From Eukaryota sp. GEM-RC1 (taxonomy: Eukaryota), in the NCBI GenBank assembly GCA_040285855.1, contig JAUFOQ010000017.1, forward strand, positions 744,001 to 808,000: 64,000 nt of DNA. The letters are read 5' to 3'. Shown here piece by piece: positions 49,201-63,237 of the stretch. Below the pieces are notes generated by a model. It made no database searches. It worked only from the letters and a program-made list of their open reading frames with translations, and was not told the DNA's origin. Positions within the stretch are counted from its first letter, which is position 1; the number at the start of each line of letters is the position of its first letter. The position numbers were made by a program, and so were the translations under genes.

Positions 49201-52200
49201 CGTTCTATAATTACTATATCTCTGCAGTGCAATCTATCATTATTTTACACTCAAATCATGACTCATCAATGTTGTTGAACACAACTTTTTCTGGACCATT
49301 GACTTTGGAAAATTATGGATTTATGACTGTTGGAGATCATATTATGATCCGACAATTCACCAATATTATAAATTTTGCTTCCATCATCACGATATCATCT
49401 ACCAGACTTTTTATCGACACTTCTTCTTTTCTCTTGCTAAATGCTCCACTGATAGTCCACCACCCTTCTGTATTTGAATCATTAGGAGTCTGGATATGTC
49501 CTATTCGTGGACGAGTTCAGGTCGTTAATTCTAATGTTACTTTGAAGGGACATGCTGGAAAGTCTCATTTAGCCACTGAATTTGAATTATTCACTAGTCA
49601 ATTAATTATCACAATGACGGGTTCTCCATTTCTTTTGGTTAATGCTGCGAATTCTGATATTACTTTTGATAGTTATGATTTATTAATTTCCAGTGACTCC
49701 TCTTTTGAAGGGTCTTGTTACGTTATTACTTTTCCCTATTCAAGAGTCCAGTTCTTGGGTGCTTTGCTATGTCAATTGAACTTTTCTCATAGTAATGGAT
49801 TTTTGCACTTTCTTGCTAATTCTGTTGTTCATTTTGATCATGTTACAGTCGATGCTGGTGTTGAATTGATTTTTGAAGGTACTATTTTTGTTGATGAAAT
49901 TGTAGAAAGCGTTCTAAATTCTGGCGACTTACGTTTAAATCAAGTCATGGTCAAAATTTCAACTTTGTCTTCAATAGGAGTAAGATCTTTTGACACAGTT
50001 CTTTCGATATCAAACTCTATCATATCATGTTTTCATGTTGTCTTGAATTCTACCAACTTGTTTGTGTCAAATTCGTCATTTCCTGACGTCATAGAAGAGT
50101 TAATAGTTACAAATTCCAATCTTTCTCTAGTTGATTCTACCGTTTCATTACTAGTTTCAACTTTTGATGATGTGATAATGGATATGACAAACTCATTTCT
50201 TTTTGTTCACGATTTTCTCGGCAATTATTTCACTTTTACTCTCAGAAATTCTTCAATCAGTTTTGATTATCGCAGTATTGTTGATGGTAGTTGTCATTTG
50301 AAATCAGGTATTTATCATTTTATTGGTCATGTTGAACTACAAACTCAAACTCTTAATTTACACTCTGCTACAGTTAATTTCAACAATTTTGTTGTATTTC
50401 CTTTGGAGTTCTTCTTTGATGACCTTTCAAATGATAGCTTGATCGTCTTTCAAGAAGCTGATCACGTCATCAACTCTACAGTAATTACCTTTGCAGCGGT
50501 GACTGTATTTGAATCACCGGTTTCTTTTAAGAATAGTACAATACTTTTCAACCAACAAGTTATCTTCAATTCTAGTATACATATTGAAAATTCTGTTCTA
50601 TTTTTTGAATCATTTGCTTTGTTCACCAGATTTTCAAGTGTTGATGGAGATTGCTATTGGTGTTTAAGGCCTGTTAATGGATCAATTAGTGTTAATGGAA
50701 ATTGGCATTTTTCTAAATTTTGGCTTTTTGACCCTGGTTGTTTCCATTTTACTGAGACTTCTGTGTTTCTGTTTGATGATGTTTCTATTGAAAAAGGACG
50801 TGTTAAATTTGAACAATCACGTGACTTTTGGAAAATTACTACATTGACAGTTATTGGAGGGGAATTGTTATTCTCATCTACTAACTCTCTGAATATTTCA
50901 AATCTGGAATTACGATATGGTATAATTCAATTTTCTGATCTACATAATCTGGAATTAAATTATCTCAGTTTAACTGGTGGTGATATGACATTCTCCAATT
51001 TTTCAACCCCAGTAATAATTAATCAGAACATTTTAAACAATGGTTCTTTTATCACTTTTAATACTGGTTTTTCCGTTATTATTCCATCTCTAAGTGTAAT
51101 TTCTGGAAATATTCACTTTTATGATGTGTATTTTGTTCAAGACGCGTCTCCAACTGAACTGAACATTGTTGATGGCAATTGTTGTTCAACTTTTGACTGT
51201 AAGTTTTCATTACTTGATCAGGCATTTGTACAGAACAATATTCAAATATCGGTTCAGTTCTCCAATGGAGAGCTGATTACTTGGTTCAAAAATGAGACAG
51301 TCACCGATTCATTACACTTTCATTTTGTCAATAATTCTTTCCCAAATATTCGCGTTGATTTAGTAGATGGAGTTACCCAATATTTAATCACTTCAGTGGT
51401 TGTTCCTGTTTGTCCTCCCAAGATTGACTCAATTTCCAGTCCTAAACCAATGGGTGACGTGATTGTGATTAATGGTGATGATTTTGGACATCTGGACGTT
51501 CAAATTATAATCAATTCTTTAAACTTGTCTATATATGTTCTGCCATTTTATCACAAAGTTGTTTACTTCCCAATTCTTCCAAATGATGGATGTCATATTC
51601 TTTCCCTAACTGGTAATGGAATAGTTTCAATAAGTGAACATTTTTGCTATCAAAAGCCAGAAATTCTTAGATTGGACCCTCCAAGTCTGCCGTTTTTAGG
51701 ACATATAACTGTTTACGGTAAGAGTTTTGGCAAATTTAGAATTTCATTATCATTTTTCAATTCCACAGTTTCCTATAGGCTCGTACATACATCTGATACC
51801 GTTTTAGTTGCTGAAATCTTTCATATTTGTACAGAACTTCCTTTTGTTGAGTTCCTTGTCACTGTAGGTGAACAAGATTCTAACCAGCAATTACTACTCT
51901 TAGAAACACCAAATGTTGTTGTTTTTCCTACTTACATTAGCAAATTCAATGGATTATTTTATCTCCAATACCCATCTTTATCTCTTCTCTCAGAATGTTT
52001 ACCGTTCTTTTCTTTGAACTCTCAGGACTCATTCAATATCACTTCCAAAGGAGACAACATTCTAGCAGTAGAAGTTCCTCTGATACAATCTAACGAATAT
52101 TTTAATTTTGGGTTGACATTCGTGAAAAGTAGTAATCTGTCTTCAAAATTTTCCCTATCTATTGCTGGAATTTCTGCTTTACCTATGGATTCTATTTGTT

Positions 52201-55200
52201 TTGTTGATGTTCCGTGTACGATTCACCTTTACTCTCCTCTAATGGAAATTGATCTCCTTTATTTTGATTTGGATCATGATTGGGATTTAACTGTTATTAA
52301 TGTTCATTCGTCCAGTTCTTCTGAGTTTTCTCTGACCTTTATACAACAAATTGCATTTAAAGTACCTTCCATCTGTTTGATTCACACCTTTTTAGGATCA
52401 AAATTCTGTTTTTCAAATCTACCATACGTTATTGCAGTTTTTGAACTAACTCCAACAGTTTTCCAATTTTTTTCCGACCCTACCTATCTTTCAGTAAGCA
52501 TAATAGGAAAGGATTTTGATTTATTTACTGAGTCCCAATTGACGAACTCAATAGATGTTGGTGGTGCTACTATTTCCAACATTGACATTTTACCAACACT
52601 TCTTTCACTATCACTTTCTGTACCTAAAATAGGTCGATTCCATTTGCTTTTTTCTTCTGCTTATGAATTTGTTTCTCATGTGTTCTACTTTACTGTAGAT
52701 AACTACATCTCTCATCTTCCCCAGATACCAAAATTTTGTGAGTTTTCGCTAACTCTTTCCTACAACTTTCATGGAATTCAGCTATTGATTGATGATTGTA
52801 TTTATGAACTCCAACCTGGTGCACAACTGATCTCTATTAGTGATCCACAATCATTCCAGATTCTTAACTCTTTGAACATAGCATTTTTAAACATTTCAAC
52901 CATCGGGTTACAGTTAAATATTCCTCACATTATTGGAGTTGATTACGTCTTAACTTTGACTATTGACCTATCTCTTTTTGATGGTATATCTGTCATTGAC
53001 GTTGTTGTACCTTATTGTTCTGTTACTTTTGTTTACAATCAGTATTTGATTGTTGACGTCTCATGTAATGATTTGGGGGTCAACTCTTTCACTTTGAATC
53101 ATAGGGGTGGTGGGCACTATTGGCAAACGTCAACAGAGTTTAGTGTATTAACAGATCCATCACTGTCACTATTCACGCGCCGGTTTTTCAACATTCCCTT
53201 TTCTGGTTTCCCTCGTCTTGATGTAAGATTTGATCATTTGCCAGAAAATTCAGCATTTACTCTCAACAACAGCATTGACTTAGTACCAGTTTCTCGCACA
53301 CCAAATTCGATCGTTCTTGCTTTGGAGCACTTCAATTTCAATGTTGGTTCGTTTTCTAATTATTCATTAATTTGGTCACATCCGACCTTCAATAGTTTGA
53401 CTGTTGACTTCATCAATTTCTTTAATTCGTCTATAATTGAAGTTGTTGGGTCAATGTCTGTGGATCAGTCCCGAAATATCTCGTTTATATTTGACAATAG
53501 TTTGCTGAATTTTTTAAATTTTCGATGCCATGTACATGGTGTGGAGTTTCCAGCAATCGTGAAACATGTGACAACGTATCAGTCTGAAACTATCTGCCTC
53601 AATGTTGTTTCCCCCGTTTATCAAGAATTTGTGTATATGTACGTTACGTTTCAAGATTCCGACATCTTTTATCCAACTTTTGTACGAGTTGATTCCGTAT
53701 TTGCTGACGTTTGTTATGCTTTCGAGCAATCAGTCCCGAGAATTCCTGCTGACGATACTGACCTTACAATTTTGAACTATAATCCCTTCTTTTTAAATAT
53801 CTTTTCCTCAATTCTGTTTTCTGGTCAGCGATGTTGTGATGTTCATTCTTCTAATTGTTATGTCGAATTGAAATATCATCATGAAATTGTGTTGGAATTT
53901 TCAAATATTTACGATGTTTGGTCTCTTACAGTTTCTTATATGTCTGACTGTGTCGAGACTCATTCCAATCTTCCCTTTGAACTTTCAGTTCCATCAGATT
54001 TCATTGAATCAGTACAGTGTGTTCCTTTTCCTAGTGGGTTTTTAATTGCTTCAAAATGTGACGTCTTCTTTTTAAAAAATTCAATTATTATTGATACGTT
54101 AATTTTGACTTTTTGGACTGGAATTCAATTAACCGAAATTGAAGTCTATGGATTTCCTGATCATCAGTGTTTTAATTTGGCAAATACTACTACTGGAAAG
54201 AATTCTTTTGATAACTATTTAACTGTTGACACAATGTTTGTATTCAGTGGATTATATTATTCAAACATGGATTATGTATTTGCTGATTATGCTATGAGTT
54301 TATTTGACCTCAGAGATGTATTTGTGGTAAATATCCAATTATTTTCACAAAATTGTTTAAATTCATATCTTCCTTGGACTATTTCTTTGGTTCCTCAATC
54401 AGCTGCATCAATCAAGTGCAATGACGTCATCCAAATGATGAATGATCGATCGATCAAATCTGATTGTGTATGTCGAGATCTCAATGGTTTTCCCACATCT
54501 TGTTTCTCTTTAAATTCTAGTGATTTTGTTATTGGAGTCAAACACAACGGAACTTTCTCTCAATTTCAATTATTGTCTTGAACAACAGTGCTGGTTTACT
54601 GTTGATACTTCTTACATGTCTCCTGGAATTTTTACTTTTCAATTAACTCTTCCCAGAACTAAATCTACTTCCTATTTAAATATTACATTAATTCAAGGCA
54701 AACTAACTATGATTGATATTTCTACCGTTGGTTGTACTTTCTGTACTCCAATTATTCGGTACAGGTCTTGTTTACTTTTAAATCTTTACATCTCAATAAC
54801 TGAAGTTGATCTTTTCCATAACAAAACATACTCAGTATCAGCACTAGAACTTAACTTTCCATCCACCAATGAGTTCACCTTTATTACTCTCAATGAGTTT
54901 CAATTACAAGTCCTATTCTTTCCACTTCAAACTCCACAACACTTCTCTGTATCTTACAGTTCTCTCTCTAGTTCTATTGTTCTTCCCTTAGCTTCTTGTC
55001 CTTCACCATTTATTGTAAAAAACAGTGTTTGTGATTGTCCAGCAGGATTCTTCTTTGACTTTGGTAATTGCACAGCTTGTCCTCTGAACTCTTACCGATC
55101 TACAAGTCATTCTAGTTGCATTGGTTGTCCAGTAAATCGTGTTACTTTAACCAATTCCAGTACTTCTCTGGGTGATTGTCTTTGTCAAAAGGACCTATTT

Positions 55201-56244
55201 CAAGTCAATGGCAATTGTATTAATTGTCCTTCTGGAACTGACTGTCATTATGGGTCAATAACCAGGGTACGTGATGGATTGCTTTTTACAGAGTCAACTT
55301 TAAACACAACTAAATGTACATTACCTTATCTCTGTAGAAACAATTCTTGTCTTTCAGCTGGATTTAAAGGTACCAGTGATCATTGTCTTAGTTGTAATGA
55401 AGGATACAGACGATTGTTTACAAATTGTCTTAAGGTGTCTGTTACAAATACTTTAATATCGATTTTGTCCAATGTTGTCTATGTTGTACTATTGTTCATG
55501 TTTCGATCTTATTTCTTTCACATTCAATCATTTAATGATAATGTAAAAGACGAAATTCTTCGTGAATTTAGTACTTTGGCTGATTTTTCCAAAAAATTAT
55601 TTGAAATTCAGTCACATCGTTTTTTAAAACCACTATTTTGTCCATTATTACTAGTATTTTCAATCAGTCTCATTGTGTTCAAATCTGCTACAATGTTTAT
55701 CACTGTTGTATCTTCATATTTATTGTATATCTTTCCCTTTGCAGAATTCCTGCCATTTGGTTCTCTATTCATTCACGGTATTTTAGTACATTTAATTTTT
55801 AAGTTTCTTGATAGAAACCTATATGGTTTCCAAAAGGATCTTTCTCTGGTACAGTTTTTAAAAGTCATTTCTAAATCTATTAGGATTATTGATTTTATTC
55901 AAATTTTTCCGTATCTTTGTATTTGTGCAGTTTTGTATGTAGAATTTGCTGTTTGGGGTGCTCCATTTGAATTTGATTTTTGGTTCTACTTCACATTGAT
56001 AGTTCTCTTACTGTTTTTTGGATTTTCCGTCAAATTTGCTGGTCAGTATTATTCGTTTTGTTCGCTTTGTTGCACAACCCTTCTAATATTTTTGGAAGTG
56101 TTTCTTAGTGTTTCTCTATTCTATGGAGTCACTGCGGTTACTTTTCTTGTTTTGTTTTTTGTATATTCTCGATATATGAGATGGTTATCTATGGCTATAT
56201 GTTTATTGTTTTGTCATAGATTATATTTATATTTAGAATTTTGA
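40250..56244 (+). CDS. giant (~5,300 aa) repeat-rich membrane-anchored surface protein (frameshifted)
   Basis: Signal peptide MFSLTAFLIFCLLYSVAA after one T-run shift joins ORF 40521; six consecutive same-strand ORFs; IPT/TIG-like segments (PKI.SIS.P..G.VI.I.G.DFG), Cys-rich CPAG..C.ACP.NSY repeats and a multi-TM C-terminus. Confidence 0.8.
42330..47560 (+). repeat. ~765-bp (~255 aa) coding tandem repeat, about 7 copies
   Basis: KVPEESTV recurs at ~42420, 43183, 43950, 44717, 45480, 46247 and 47019. Confidence 0.92.
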
Positions 56245-56650
56245 AATTGATAGAATTTCTTCATTTGACTAAATCTGATTCTTTTGTGAGTGATTTATAT
56301 TTTTGAGGTTATTTTTGAAACAAATGTGGTCTGAATGATAATAGTAAAAAACAGACACATCTTACTTGAAAGATATTCAAATCATACGATCATAAAAATA
56401 TCACGAAACAATTGTCAAAAATCAAGACACCATATCCTAAACCCGTTGTAGAAAGTGAGCAAACACGTACAAATACACTCACAAAATCCAAAAAAAACTG
56501 GTTGACACAGGTGGTAACTGACTAATGCAAATCAGCTGAATTAATACACATTCAAACAGTTCAAAATAATACAGTTACACTGGGACTACAATATAGTAAT
56601 TGACTTCAATCTGAAGTTTATCAGCACTTGATGTAAAAAAAACTGAAACA

Positions 56651-59278
56651 CTACCAGATCATAACAATTGTTTCCAGCCAAGAAATGTAGAGTTCATGAT
56701 TAGAAATGGTGCTAGTCTGAAGATAGTATCTACAAGTTGAACAGAAAGGAAATATGTGTAGCTGAGGTTTAGTTGAATTAACTGACATTGAAACTCTGTT
56801 CTCATTTGAATGATTCAAAGCAGGATTCTGACATCTAGTGGTGATTAATTCGTTGCCCGATATCGTAACTATTCTTCTATCAAATTCGGACAGCAAGTGC
56901 TGCGCAGAAACATTCTTGGATATGTTTGACAATATTCCAACAGGTTTGGGCTGTTTTGAATAACAAGAATCAATATCACCTAAGGATGGTTTTAACACTA
57001 GCTCTAATGAAGTATAATTGGTGTCCAAGTTTGGTTGTCCAAGACCCTTATAATCATCTTGTTGAGAATTTCGAGTTACTAAATAATTGACACTATTGTC
57101 CAGAAAAAATACACCAGAAGAGTGGCTATTATCAACAATCAAATGTGATTTGTTACCAATGATGGCAGTCGAAAATACTGCTGGATAAACTTGTTCTCTA
57201 AGTGGTTGAGCACCATTTGAAAATACTTTAGAAAATTTGATTGAATCATGTATCAGACAGTGATCAAAGTCAGTAATGAAATTGGCGGACAGTCTGAAGA
57301 ATATTTCCGAGTTATGTAATGGTTTCATCTTCACAGAAATAACAACATTCGAGGTGTCTCGACATATTTTGTAGAATAGTTCGTTATTTTTAAATGTTTG
57401 TAATTTAAAAGTGGAACATACATCTGATTCAGTTATCACTATTAATTTTGGTTGGAACAACAGAGTTGAAGCCACAGGCAATGGGTTAAAATGTACGAGC
57501 CTCCCATAGAAGGGAAGGAAAAATACAGCCGATGAAATGTTATATGAAATATATGAAATATTTAGATATTTGAGCATTCCATTGGATGATAGTTCTATTG
57601 ATATATCACCAGCTTTCAGAAAAATGGACGATGGAATGTCTTGCAGCGAATAATATCGGATATCATTAAAAATTGGAGGAAAATCAAGGGAATTACTATT
57701 TCCATAAACGGTAATTACTGGAACTACTATTGGAAGCAAAAATTGTGAATTTGAGAACATCGGAACTGATTCCACAGAAAAAGGAGCAATTGAATGTAGA
57801 AAATTAAACTCCAAATCGGAAGATGAAATTGATAAATCAGAATTAACAGAATCAAACATATGTTCATTTTCAAAAACTGGATGAATTGAAATATTCCGTG
57901 ATTCAATCGATTGTGAGGTGAAATTAGAATTGAGAGGCACACTGAAGGTAACCAATGTTTCTGAAGTTATTGAGGTAGAGAAAACATTTAAAAACACATC
58001 TAGAGTACTACTTACTACGAAAAACTGCCGTACCGCAAGATCTACTTGTTCAATGGGAAATTTTAATTTTTCAATATAATTCTCCACTACATCAGTTCGA
58101 CATGTACCAGTAATTGCATCGTGATGTTGCAGTAAACTAATGTTATCATTCACTACCTTTGCAATCCCAGAATTGTTTGGTGATGTGGAAAACTTTGGAA
58201 AAAACAAAGAAATGGTGTCAAAAAGATGTTTGCGATTTTCTAAAATTCTCAAATATTTTTTCAAATTTGGCTGTGTTGAATAGTAACCACTCCAATATGT
58301 AGTTACAGAATCTGCGTGCGGCAGAAAGGAACCTGACACCGTCAACAAATCTGAAATAGAATTTGAAGCCTCTACATCTTGAAAATATCGATCTGGAGAA
58401 CTGTAAAACAAATTAAAATTTTCAAAATTTTCATTGACGTAGGATATAAGAATATCCCAGTTTTTAAATTGCACTTCAGCGTTAACAAATTTGAAATCAT
58501 CTCCAATGATTAACATTAGCTCACTAGAATTAGTTTTTGCCGCTTTATCCATCAGATAATCAATAAGCTCATGTGCTCTATTATCTAAAACCTCAGGGTC
58601 GTGATTGAATTCATCCACGTCATCTTCCTCGAAATCAAATCCCTTAGGAGAACTATAGTGATCATCCAGAACCAGACAAAGTAAGGAACAATTACTAATA
58701 GCTCCAAAATTTGAACTTTCCCATGTAAAAAGCGCATTTTTTGAATCAAATAGAAATTTTTCCACTTTGTGATTGATTCTGTTCAAAACTGCATACTTAT
58801 AACCCAAAGAACAAGCTGCTTCAAGATGACTAGTGGAATGACCAAACGCGTCCACTTGGAAGTAAGTTTTAGAAGAAGCAACGTCAAAAGCAGAGTGTTT
58901 GAACTGTCTCCCACGAGTTACTTGAAGTAGAGTGGACTCGATGGTGGTTAGAGCTTCATCGCTAGAGACTAGGCCATCATGTACGATGTTTAGTCTGTTA
59001 GACTCAACCAGGGACTTGACATTGAAAGATTCAGAGGGAGTGAGTGAAGAATACCAACGAGAGAAATAGTAGAGTTCAGCCCAAGAAAAAGTTCGAGATG
59101 GGTCTACAGACAAGGCAGTAGTGATGGAGAAGAGAATATCAAAGACTTTGGGTTGATATTCTTCTACTGTTTTAAGCCAGCCTTGATCAATATGGGAAGA
59201 AGGTGTTATATGTACATTTATACAGATTGATGGGAGTGAATAGAAGACTAGTATGAGCAGACATGGAGTGAAGACCAT
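56651..59278 (-). CDS. glycoside hydrolase family 38 alpha-mannosidase
   Basis: Signal peptide; SHIDQGWLKT, FSWAE, QVDAFGHS (nucleophile Asp), GDDF, YWSGYYST, QHHDAITGT. Confidence 0.92.
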   Translation of the reverse strand: MVFTPCLLILVFYSLPSICINVHITPSSHIDQGWLKTVEEYQPKVFDILFSITTALSVDPSRTFSWAELYYFSRWYSSLTPSESFNVKSLVESNRLNIVHDGLVSSDEALTTIESTLLQVTRGRQFKHSAFDVASSKTYFQVDAFGHSTSHLEAACSLGYKYAVLNRINHKVEKFLFDSKNALFTWESSNFGAISNCSLLCLVLDDHYSSPKGFDFEEDDVDEFNHDPEVLDNRAHELIDYLMDKAAKTNSSELMLIIGDDFKFVNAEVQFKNWDILISYVNENFENFNLFYSSPDRYFQDVEASNSISDLLTVSGSFLPHADSVTTYWSGYYSTQPNLKKYLRILENRKHLFDTISLFFPKFSTSPNNSGIAKVVNDNISLLQHHDAITGTCRTDVVENYIEKLKFPIEQVDLAVRQFFVVSSTLDVFLNVFSTSITSETLVTFSVPLNSNFTSQSIESRNISIHPVFENEHMFDSVNSDLSISSSDLEFNFLHSIAPFSVESVPMFSNSQFLLPIVVPVITVYGNSNSLDFPPIFNDIRYYSLQDIPSSIFLKAGDISIELSSNGMLKYLNISYISYNISSAVFFLPFYGRLVHFNPLPVASTLLFQPKLIVITESDVCSTFKLQTFKNNELFYKICRDTSNVVISVKMKPLHNSEIFFRLSANFITDFDHCLIHDSIKFSKVFSNGAQPLREQVYPAVFSTAIIGNKSHLIVDNSHSSGVFFLDNSVNYLVTRNSQQDDYKGLGQPNLDTNYTSLELVLKPSLGDIDSCYSKQPKPVGILSNISKNVSAQHLLSEFDRRIVTISGNELITTRCQNPALNHSNENRVSMSVNSTKPQLHIFPFCSTCRYYLQTSTISNHELYISWLETIVMIW

Positions 59279-59599
59279 TCAGTCTGATTCTGGAAAAGAA
59301 AAATGAGTTTCGATAACAATGAAGATGCTTAGGCTGTACTGTATGTCCAAACATTCCGTTCTATGTTAGTTAGTTATGTTTAAATACTACTGTATGGAAA
59401 ATGTTTTGTCTTATTCAATTAGACTAATTGATTCCCCTGTTAAGCCACAGGTGTTACTGAAGTATTACGAGCTCATTTAATTTCGTTTACATTGAAAATC
59501 ATCATTGCCATGCCCTTTGTAACCAAATAATACACTGTCATAAAATTAGTCTCACTGAGGAAAATTCTAAAATTGTAATTCCGTGTTCTACTTGTGGAT

Positions 59600-60070
59600 A
59601 TAAACTATCTTTAATTTTGGTCCTTGGTTATCACTCCAGGAAATTGTAGTTGATTTTACGACCGTTGACCCTTGCAAATCTTCAGCTATTGCTAATATTT
59701 TGAATGCTTCATATGATCCGCTGAAAGACCCTGAAACACGCTAACGTGTCAAAGTTCATACAGCAGGTTTCTACATTGAATTCACGAAGACACAATTATA
59801 TTGTCTTTCAACCGTTTGCGTCATCTTTAAAGCCAAATTTCAGTTCTTCTACCAATGAGTTTTTAAATTTGTTTGAAAATTTGTGTTCAAAGAAGTTGGT
59901 AAAAAATTCAACAGATCGTAATGGAATAGTAAATATGCTTTTTCGATTTTTAAGTCAATGTATCAACCAAGTTGTTTACTTTTCTGAATTGGGTAATTCG
60001 TTTGATAGTTTGTTTGAGTAGTTTCCATTAATTTGTTGTTATCTTTTGGTGTGTTTTTCTTCGCATAAAT
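59600..60070 (+). mobile_element. RLE non-LTR retrotransposon 3' fragment
   Basis: VVDFTTVDP and VFQPFA.SL motifs; 3' tail shared with 31835-32056. Confidence 0.55.
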
Positions 60071-61439
60071 GCAATTCTTGTATATTGTATTATTACATTA
60101 CGATTTTTATCTCTTCAACCCCGGTTCAGCTCGTCTATTATACGATCCAAACACGTTGAAAACCTTGTTTAAAATATAATGAAATAACGAAGGTTTTTTT
60201 TCAAAAGGGTCTTCTATTTGATCATGACTCAATTTTGAAAGGACAACCTCAGCAACACTTCCAATATTACCAAAAATTGTCATATAAAATCAAATAAATT
60301 GAAAGCATACAAGACGGCATTCAGTTCCTTCATTGAGTTTCAATAAATTACGATAAATGATATTTTGTAAAAAGTATTCTGTCGGATAATTGAAACTGAT
60401 AATTTGAAACCATTTTCGAGGTCCCTTAAATCTTCTAATTGAAATCGAAGACTTTTTCTACAGCTCTGTGACTGGTAGAATACCGTCCGTTGGCTACACA
60501 GCAACCGTCGCTTCCGCTTGCATCATATCAACTCATGCTTACCACCATCAGGCTATGCTATGAAATCACGTGACACAGTGAAAAGTGTGAGACCTGCCGT
60601 CGCAGACGTGTCATCGTCGCTTCCTACGTTGTGATTCCTCTCGATCCAGTTTTGATCCATCCACTATCTCTTGTGAAACTACTTGTCTCATCTATTCTTC
60701 CTCCTGGCACTTTTAAGCACTCCACTCATTTGTCTTACAGATCCTATTTCTCAAAGTTGTCTCAAGTCCATGTACATCCACTTCTTCATTGCTTTTCGCT
60801 CTTTTTCTTTTCTTTAAAGACAGTCTCTTTCTTTAAAAAAAGACAAGTGATCACTTCTAGACCAAATTTACAAAGTGCCTCACCAACCAGAGAGTTTACT
60901 TGGTTTTGTTTGAGTGGCTATCTCTATCTCTTTGAGCTTGCTGAGCTCACTGCATTACATCAATGAAGAGAAATCTATATATGTTATGGTTAGGTGTACT
61001 CTTTAAGAAAGATTGAAGAGAAATTGAAGAGAAAAGATCTTCTTCTAATTTCAATGTGCTGCTATTCATTATTTATATGATTCATTTTCAAATTGTGGTA
61101 TATCACGTGTTGGTTTGATTGATCGGACCAATTTTATTGCATTGGAATTATTATGTAATAATCGATCTCGTATTTCTCGTTTACCATTCATTTTGAAATA
61201 TTTAAATTTCTTAAACAAATATTCTGAGAGTAATTTTGAGGATCAGTCACATATAATTGATATTCAGTTTTAACTTTTCCTTAATAACATTCCACATAGA
61301 TTGATATATTAATATTAATTTTAACACTTAAAGTAAATTTATATTTAAATTTTTGCCCAATAAAAAGGTCTATTGAATCAATCAATTTGATTCACACCAG
61401 CATTTTGCTAAAAGAATTCAAATCGGAGCTAGCTTTTGT

Positions 61440-62140
61440 TCTTGGAGTGGGAAATAAAGGTCGGAGTTATGTAGTGTTTTCCAGGCTACACCAAAGATAC
61501 CAAAGATGGCACTGTCGATAGCGTCGGTTGCTATAATGATTTGGCTTGTGTTGTCCGGGAGAGCGAGGTCTACTTAGGATGAGATTACGTTTTTTATCTC
61601 AATAAAGTTCTGAGGATGGACGTTTGACCACTTTTTAGAGATACTATACGGTGAGTTCTCTTATTTTCTGGTGAGTTGAGTATAGGGTTGTATGAGATTA
61701 GAGAGGTTTGGAATCCAGTCTAGGAGGTAGTTGATGGATCCGCAAAAGATCTGAGTTCTCCCAAGGTCGATGGAATAGGAAGTTCGTTGATGGCTTTGAT
61801 CCCTTCTACGTCGAGGGATCTTGCCTTTTCAAAGATACAACCATAAAAAATACTTTGGACGGATCCGTCAAGAAAGAGCAGTTTTTGATCCCTAGGCGGA
61901 CTCTGAATAAACGACATCTTAAATTTCAGCGAGGGTGAACTCTTTTCAAAGGAGTTCGAGGATATGAGATGAGATGATAAGGTCATCTATGTAAATAAAG
62001 ACGTTTGGCATATCGAAGATGGTGGTCATACCGTTCTGAAAGTAGGCGGGAAAGTTTTTGAGGCCAAAGGCTGCTCTCTTGAAACAAATTCGTCTTCCAA
62101 GGATTGAAAGAGGTGATTTCGTTTGGCCATCTTCTTTAAG
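61440..62140 (-). pseudogene. Ty3/Gypsy reverse transcriptase / RNase H remnant
   Basis: Minus strand reads FKRAAFGLKNFPAYFQ...VFIYIDDL, IKAINELPIPSTLGELRSF and LALPD...IIIATDA. Confidence 0.85.
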
Positions 62141-62341
62141 AAGATTTAATTTAGGGGTCTTATGTTAGAAACTCGAATTTAATGATGCTGAAACACTACA
62201 TTTCCATCACAGTGCAATTCTCTGTACCAATATCTCTGATAGTACTCACCGAAGAAGCCAATCAAACATTCTTCAGTTCTTGGGGATAAACTGCATTCAA
62301 TCGGAGAAGGTAGGTTTTACTATTTCTTCCTCAGTTATATA

Positions 62342-62383
62342 AGGATCTGGATTAGATTCTATGTCTCCATCGATTGTCAAATC
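62342..62383 (-). other. degenerate 2A-like peptide DLTIDGDIESNPDP
   Basis: Reverse complement GAT TTG ACA ATC GAT GGA GAC ATA GAA TCT AAT CCA GAT CCT, preceded in frame by hydrophobic WVVRVVLLVALIELI. Confidence 0.75.
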
Positions 62384-62979
62384 ACGAAGAAGTCTCCAGT
62401 CAATGTGATGACTGGAGATTAATTCTATTAGTGCTACTAGTAGGACAACTCTTACAACCCAAAAACAACAAAAGAAGGAATGTCAGGAGCAAGTCATTAA
62501 TGGCAAAGACCGTCAACATACTATGGAAGACAAGGAACCGCCTCGAGAAAGTATGATCTCTTGGCATATCCTGTAACACGTGATCATGTTTGATTGATCA
62601 TCTTTTATTTCACCTCGAGAGTACATATATGCTAGGCAATGCCTTTTTCCGTTCCAGCTCTGGAATCTTCAATGAAGCTCTGCTCGAGGATAGATATTGA
62701 TCCAAAGTTTCTACATATGACTCAGTGCTATCAACTTCTAAGAGTTTTCTTATCTCATCACGTGTATACTTGTTATTTTTCATCTTCTGGATACTGATGA
62801 TCGCCCATTCACATGCAGCGTCTTCTGTTTCCTTTTTCGCCATCAGATTATTTTTTGATTGCCATACTTGTTTAGAAACGACTTTGGGTCAGTGGAAGGG
62901 CGAGATCCACACAGGTAACTGGGTAATCATTTTGACGAATCCAAACCAGCCTGGTTTGTTTCAGTTTCTGTGTCTTTCT

Positions 62980-63237
62980 TCAACAATGTTTTTTATGAGG
63001 TCCGGGGTTTGCTTCCACATCACCGTTTGTGGTGAGATCCAATTTGAATTGGAGATTAATGTGAGAGTTGAGAAGGATGCGGGAACACAATCTGAGGATC
63101 AAAAGACCCATGGAAAGTGTCCCTAAGAACTGATGGTCTTTGAGATTAGAAAAAAGAAGATGAGAGTTGAGAAGATGAGAGTTGAGAACAAGACAGAATG
63201 AAATAGAAGAGATAATGGTAGTAAAACGACACAACAT
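62980..63237 (-). other. hydrophobic leader + 2A peptide DLTTNGDVEANPGP, downstream ORF broken
   Basis: Exact D(V/I)ExNPGP at 62998-63021; stop five codons later. Confidence 0.8.

Noticed and set aside
60100..61400. CT-rich ORF 60631-60966 and NPG-like codons at ~60117
   Set aside because: No 2A consensus and no domain similarity recognised
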